DNA of 64,000 nucleotides from Anthoceros angustus (lineage: Eukaryota > Plantae > Anthocerotophyta): positions 372,001 to 436,000 of the forward strand of contig MU008196.1 in NCBI GenBank assembly GCA_010909165.1, written 5' to 3'. A model generated the notes under the pieces. The model searched no databases, was not told the DNA's origin, and worked only from the letters and a program-made list of their open reading frames with translations. This document shows, one piece after another, positions 50,361 through 64,000 of this stretch; within the stretch, counting starts at the first letter, position 1, and every line of letters begins with the position of its first letter. A program made the translations under genes and the position numbers.

Positions 50361-51368
50361 ATTGAGTTGGTGATATCGCTCCCATCATGTACGCAACACT
50401 GGCCTAGCAACCTTATCTCCAATTAGTGGCAGGCTGCAACAAGTAGACCACCCAATTACAGCGCCCACAGCGCCCGATGCAGCTTGTAGCCTGTAGCCAG
50501 CATCGGAGGATTTGCGTTACATTACGACCACAAATAGGTAGCACCGGAGTGGAGGTTCTAGATGGCAGGCAAGAAGGTGGATAGACATGAAAAGAAAAGA
50601 AAGTTTTGAAGAATGAAATAGTTAGCACCTGTAATAGTTAGGACGCCTCAAATAGTTAGCACCTCTTTTTTGCATTACCAAATTGACAGCTCCTTGTGTG
50701 TAATAACCGTTAGGCACCACCGCAGTGGAGATTCTAGATGGCAGGCAAGGAGGAGAGACATAGAGAGTTTTGAAGAATGAAATAGTTAGCACCTCTACTA
50801 GTTAGGACGCCTCAAATAGTTAGCACTTCCTTTTGCATTACCAACTCGGCAGCTCCCTGCGTGTAATAACCGGATTACGTTTGCTAGCACACTACCTTTA
50901 GCTTTGATATGTAGGATACCTACTTGTACTCACATATATAGACATAGCATACAATTATTTATTTTAAGAGTGAATATATATATATATATATACCTACTTT
51001 TGGACTCTAATTTTATGAGAAAAAATTACATATAGGTCTTTGTCGTGGCAAGTGCCTTGGAGTGAGATCAATAGACATAGATACAGCATACATAAGCAAG
51101 AACAATTGCCAAAGCCCAAGACTTATGATAAGCAAGTTTTAGACACATAAATAGATACAACAGATAGGTAAATAGAGGGCATTTTGCCAAAGCCCAAGGA
51201 TAACTAGGATATAAGTAGATAGGGAAATTAGTGATGTACCTCGCACATTATTTAAATAGGTCACAGGGACAGCAGTAGGTTGCCGGCCGGTACGTAGGTT
51301 GTCTGATCGCCATTTATGTGCATCTTATGGATAGCAGCTGACTGGTCCAAGGGCCTATTTTGGCTCAC

Positions 51369-51560
51369 CATGTTACTTTTGTGGGCACCTGTTTGGTGAA
51401 CATGTATGCAAAATGTGCTGACCTGTAAAGATCAAGCCAGGGTTTTGACAGCATGAACACAAAGAATTTGGTGACATGGATAGCGCTGATTGCTTGGTAT
51501 ACACAGCAAGGACTTGGCTAAGAGGCGCTTGTTGTGTATGGAGAAATGGAAGAGGCGCGC
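51369..51560 (+). pseudogene. PLS-class pentatricopeptide repeat fragment
   Basis: Manual translation: FVGTCLVNMYAKCADL*RSSQGFDSMNTKNLVTWIALIAWYTQQGLG*EALVVYGEMEE, matching the plant PPR consensus with two stops. Confidence 0.8.
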
Positions 51561-52105
51561 CTCATTCTACAGAGTAGGCAGGTCCGACATCCGAAGCCCC
51601 AAACCCCTTTAATCTTGGGAATGGTCAGCAAGTTTTGGAGCAGCTATTGTTTGGCAAAAGCTCTGTGGTAGAGGCACTGCAACAGGGGGGGCACATTGCT
51701 TTGGCTTGGTACTGGCTCACTTATCAGACCGCGATACTAGCTCTGGAGTTGGAGGTGGAGCCTCTAGGACAATCCAGTCCAGGAAAAGAAGGCTAGTAGG
51801 TAGTTTTGTTCTACATTCATACATGCACAAAAATGGAAAAGTACCTTGTTTGGAAGGCACCTTCCAAACAAGATATGTAGCTATGGAGGCCAAACCAAAT
51901 TGTGGACCAGCCAAACATTTTTGTGGCTTGAAGAAGTCAACCTGAACTAGAACTCAGTGTCCTACTTACTTTCCATAGGGCAAATTTTGTTAACAGTTGA
52001 GCAAGGCAATTTGTGGGGCCATGCACCCTCCGGGGGCGACAGAATGGAGGGTGGTCACTGTTCTCCCACCAGGCATTGGCATTGCTTAGACATTGATGGA
52101 CTAGT

Positions 52106-59500
<7,395 letters not shown>

Positions 59501-59968
59501 CGTCTTTGGGCCGATGATGCTCTCTCCACGCACGCCGACTGTCCAGATCTACCTTTATCTCCAAATTGTGACACCCAGTTACAGCGCCCACAGGTCTAGA
59601 TGCAGCCTGTAGCCAGCATAAGAGAAATTGCATTACATCTCGACGACAAATAGGTACCATAGGAGTAGAGATGGCAGGCAAGAAAGTGGAGAGACATGAA
59701 AAGTGAGTTTTGAAGAACGAGGCATCTCAAATAGTTAGCACCACCTTTGTAGTATCGATCGACAGCTCCCTATTTGTAACAAATGGATTAACTTTGCTAA
59801 CTCATTATAGGAGACCTAGGTATCATAATTATATATGCATAGTACATATTCAAATATTTAATTTAAGAATAAATTTTAATAAAAAAACATGTTATTTTGA
59901 ACTTCATTTTTAGAAGAATTTTGCAAGAACTTTATTATCACACTGGAAGATTGATCAATACCACTACT

Positions 59969-60550
59969 GTATTGGAGATTATTGTGAGCAATATTCAATA
60001 GATAACATTATGTGAGCAATATATTAACATTTCCATCATGATTATGAATTTATTGTAGTGAAGAGATTTGAAATATAAATCATTACAGTGAAGAAGATTA
60101 CTATATCATGCAAACTCTTTGAGTTTGAGGAGGAGGTGTTTATTATTGGCGAGGACCTTGGTGTGTATCACATAGAACAACAACAAGCGCTTATTGTGCT
60201 TTTTGTGGCTAGATGCTTATTGTTCATACTACCAAGTTTCAGTAAGTATGAAAGGCTGATCAATACCAAGAATGTATTGGAGATTATTGTGAGCAATATT
60301 CAATAGATAATATTATGTGGGCAATATATTAACATTTCCATCACGATTGTGAATTTATTGTAGTGAAGAGATTTGAAATATGAATCACTACAGTGAAGAA
60401 GATCACTATATCATCCAAACTCTTTGAGTTTGAGGAGGAAGTGATTATTATTGGCGTGGAGCTTGCTGTGTATCACATAGAACAGCAATAAGAGCTTATT
60501 GTGCTTCTTGTGGCTAGATGCTTATTGTTCATGCTACCAAGTTTCAGTAT
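59969..60550 (+). repeat. Two diverged ~305-bp tandem copies of an AT-rich unit
   Basis: gtattggagattattgtgagcaatattcaatagata begins at ~59969 and ~60274, with scattered substitutions and almost no indels. Confidence 0.9.
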
Positions 60551-61005
60551 TGAGACCCAAATCATGTCATTACTAAACGGCAAGATTGATGGAGGGTTAC
60601 TAGATGAAAGTAAAGGAAACATGGACTTCACTTAATTGGTATGCTAGGGATTTATATTTTTATAAAAAGAGGGAAATAATGAGCTACATAACATAATAGT
60701 CACCTAGACAGTGTCCTGTTCTTTATCACCTTGTCCTATTATGTTAATTTTAGTACATGTAACAAGATCACTGTCTTAATGGGTAAATTTGGTCAATCAT
60801 GATTTTGATGTTCACATTCCAGGATGATAAGGAACAATAATATCGCCTGAAAAGCCATGTATCTCTTTTCCTCAAAGAAAAGAACAAAAGATCCCCAAAC
60901 CAAATTTTTGAGGAAAATGTTTTGAAAATATTTCAAGATGAGCATAGATTGAAAGTCATAGAGATAATCAATGATATTAATTTTGATTTCAAATATTTTC
61001 TGTAG

Positions 61006-64000
61006 GCCTTTCAATAAGGATATCTTCATAGTAGGCTGGAAGAACAATATGCAATCGCAATTCATAACTGCCTTAGAGTAATTTTCACAAAACTTTCAAT
61101 ATTAAGACAATACAAAAATTTTAATGATCAATTCTTAACACCTGGAATGGGGTTTATGTTTGAGGTAGCCTTAAATATATATTCTTGAATACTTACATTT
61201 AAATCTTGACATGAATTTGATTTAGGGTAATTGGCACGAGATGCAACAATTGGATTATTCCATGGAGGTTTCCATTACACACAAGGTCCATTATTCAAAA
61301 CAATCACCAAAATATTTAGAATAGAGAAAATTGAATAGTGTACCATGAAGACTTACATATCCTCATCAACTTCAATTTCATTAAAACAGAATACTATGCA
61401 ACAAATGAGACAACAAAAAGAACTCATACAACAAGCAACTAAGAACTTTGATGAGTTTGAGAACAAAGGTTATGAGCTAGGAGTTGATACTCCTCCTGAC
61501 GGGAAGAAAAGGGATATTAAGTCACCTGGTAAAAAAGAGAAGGCTCCAACACTTGAGAAAAAAGGAAAAGAAGCGGGAAAAAGGCGGATACCAAACAGAA
61601 GAAAGGGCAAGAGGATGAAAGCCTATCATTAGACCTCGTTCATATTGCACAAGTGAGCTTACCTATTATTTATTGTTAGCAATGTGTGCAATGATAAAAA
61701 CCATGGAATAATAATAAGATAGATTGTTGACTTACCTAGGAATAAAAAGAATCGGTGTATATTATTTGTAGTTCATCTGATTATAGCTTTGTATTGAAAG
61801 GCGGCTTCTGGATAAAGGATGGAAAGGCTTACCTGGATGACATCAAAAGGAGGAAAGCCAAAGAACAGGCTAAAAGATTTCAAGCAGATATCATGAAAAG
61901 AAATGTAAAATATCTTCATGATTAAGTTATAATTAAAAAAACATGTACCTACTACTTATGGATCTCAAGTTCACATGAATGGTACGTACCTAACATACAA
62001 TAGATCATTACAGAAAAGAGTACTACAACAACGATTAACAATAGAGGAAGAAAAAGCTCAAAAAGAAGCTTAGAAGGAGGATTTTTCAGCATAACTTCAG
62101 TGATGAAGCACTTCAAAGACAAGAAGCGGAACGGATGGAGAAGGAGGAAGAGCTTTCCTGGATTGCACATAGGATCTTATTAGTGCAATTAATAGCAGAA
62201 CAACGTGATAAAGAACGGGATTTAGTGTTAGCTAGAGATCATGAAATGTTGATGATGTTACGGGAGGATTATTGGCAGGAAACTCAAAAAGAATGTAAAC
62301 CAAGAGAGGTACTTATTTTAAATTTAAAATAATCTATTTTTATCATAAAATTATTCGAAGTTGTGGTTACTTTGTTCTTATGATTTGATATTGACTATGA
62401 GCTTATAATGCATTTAGATTGTGATGTAGTTTATGGTGAATTGTTCTTTTGGTTATTGGATTACATGCCAAACATATCATATATGTGCATTATTGCTTTC
62501 AGGAAGAAAAAAAATTGAAAAAGGAACAAGAACTTGCGGATGGAAGGAGATATTGTTTTGAGCCTAATTGCAAGTACCAACTCCAACTTTTAATAAAATA
62601 TAGTCTTGATTTGTTCTATCCATAGCACAAGACCTCTCCATAAATGTAATAGAAAATCACATGAATTTAGTGTTTTACTTTTTTACTCGCAGATCTTAGG
62701 TTTATCTGAAAATGCTATGACCTATAAGGAAAGCACTCAATACAATATGCCGACTACAAAATAGAATGATTGGAAATTTTATTCTTGAAACGTGCAGTCC
62801 TACCCAATCCTTTACAATCTTTGACTCTCACATCTACGGAGGAAGTCACACCTGAAGTGGAGCTGATTGCTGATGAGGTATAGTAACTTGACTTGTGGAA
62901 AGATATACAGAGAATTGCAACATAACGTACATGTTTAACATTTATGAAAAGATTTCTCATTCTAGATGATTGATTTGCAGTTTGTCTTGGAATACATTAA
63001 TGAAAAAGGAAGAATGGGAGGGATTAAATATCGGGAAAAATATACATCTAGGACGAATTCTAGGTTGTATACACGATACTGCTCATGTTCCCAATATACC
63101 AGCACCATCTGAGCTGCCTAATCTTTTAGAATGAATAAATCCTTATGATTACAACATTTGTTTGCAAGTACTTGTTAATCAAAACCTTCACTTAGTTTGT
63201 CTTACTAGAAAAAAGCTTGTGTTGTTTGGGTTGTTTAAGGAAAACAACCTTGACCCAAAAGTTAGCAAACGAGTTTGGTCTCATAACCATTGAAATCGAA
63301 TAGGTTCATAACCTAGAAAGGAATAAGGTACAAGATCCGATGCCCTTGGAACGAAACAAGATCCAAGATGCAACATCTGCAATCCGCAATATCTCAATTG
63401 GAACTTACGTTATCTCCGATGGCACGACTAGGTCTAGTTGCCCAAAATGAATTGGATGGTGGAAAGCAGGTATAAAGCAAATATTCAATATGTACGTGTG
63501 GACACATTACCTATACATCCTAGTATTGATAGAGCTGGAGGTACACAGGTACCCGACCACATTGTGATTAAATTGCTGGTTCTCACATTCACATCCCTGG
63601 ACGAATACGGTAATAGAATGCCGCCTGCTCGATTCATTCAACTGTTCGCTGTGTAGGGGGACTGTTATTAGCAAAATTTTGACTAGTGGGAAATCTGTTG
63701 TCACAGTCAGTAGTTCAGCAGTGCTTTCCCGAAAACAGGCCGCCAAAGGTTCAGGTGAATCTCCTAAACAGAAAGGCAAAGGAGGAGCAGCCAAACCTCC
63801 ACCGAAGCCAGCGAAGGGCGAAAAGGGAGGAACTCCTCCTGGCTGTAAGCCAACAACGTCTCAATCGTCTAAAAAGGGACAAAAGAAAGGTCCAGGTGAC
63901 TCAAAAGCAGAGAAGGGATTCATTCTGGACGGTTTTCCAGCAACTTGTGCTCAAGCAGACCTTTTGGAGAAGCACCTTACGGGGACGGATCTCTCATTCG
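61006..64000 (+). pseudogene. SPEF2: SPEF2/CPC1-like flagellar central-apparatus gene, disrupted; continues beyond window
   Basis: Exon-like blocks in the order recalled for SPEF2/CPC1: CH-like AFQ*GYLHSRL...NFNDQFLTPGMGF (61006-61164), coiled coil HRILLVQLIAEQRDKERDLVLARDHE (~62135-62308), ILGLSENAMTYKEST...*NDWK (from 62693), EYINEKG/EW...NIHLGRIL...PSELP (from 62981), GTQVPDHIVIKLLV (~63540), and GFILDGFPATCAQADLLEKHLTG (63916-63984). Confidence 0.62.

Noticed and set aside
50540-50880. ~180-bp tandem duplication upstream of the CDC48 pseudogene
   Set aside because: Local non-coding duplication (single copy at 59665-59790) with no further signal.
50974-50992. (AT)n microsatellite
   Set aside because: Short and ordinary.
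63916-63984. Stand-alone adenylate kinase
   Set aside because: The GFILDGFP motif is followed by QADLLEKHLTG and preceded by CH-like and coiled-coil exons, which fits SPEF2/CPC1 better.

Overview
Eukaryotic, intron-containing plant DNA. A plant-type villin, a PLS-class PPR fragment and a SPEF2/CPC1-like flagellar gene suggest a seed-free land plant with motile sperm (inference). Layout: (1) 96-4925, the 3' two-thirds of a villin gene ending in the headpiece. (2) 5461-7040, a G/A-rich minisatellite and a decayed non-LTR reverse transcriptase. (3) 7041-45373, about 38 kb of nested, tandem and inverted copies of one Athila-like Ty3/gypsy family with ~1 kb LTRs and a tRNA-Asp primer-binding site. 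Both gag-pol copies retain gag and integrase but lack protease, RT and most of RNase H. The family carries a large extra 3' ORF (conserved N-terminal domain, PTTVG linker, long coiled coil) behind a putative G-box/TATA internal promoter. (4) 45374-51560, a mosaic of Ty3 RT, Copia integrase, CDC48 5' pseudogene and PPR fragments. (5) 52106-59500, a CDC48/p97 gene on the minus strand with internally repeated D1/D2 segments. (6) 61006-64000, a disrupted SPEF2/CPC1-like gene. Major caveat: repeated segments are full of 1-4 nt indels and their junctions sit on short microhomologies, even inside genes. Much of the local duplication and many frameshifts may therefore be assembly or consensus artefacts. 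Family assignments come from remembered motifs, not database searches.
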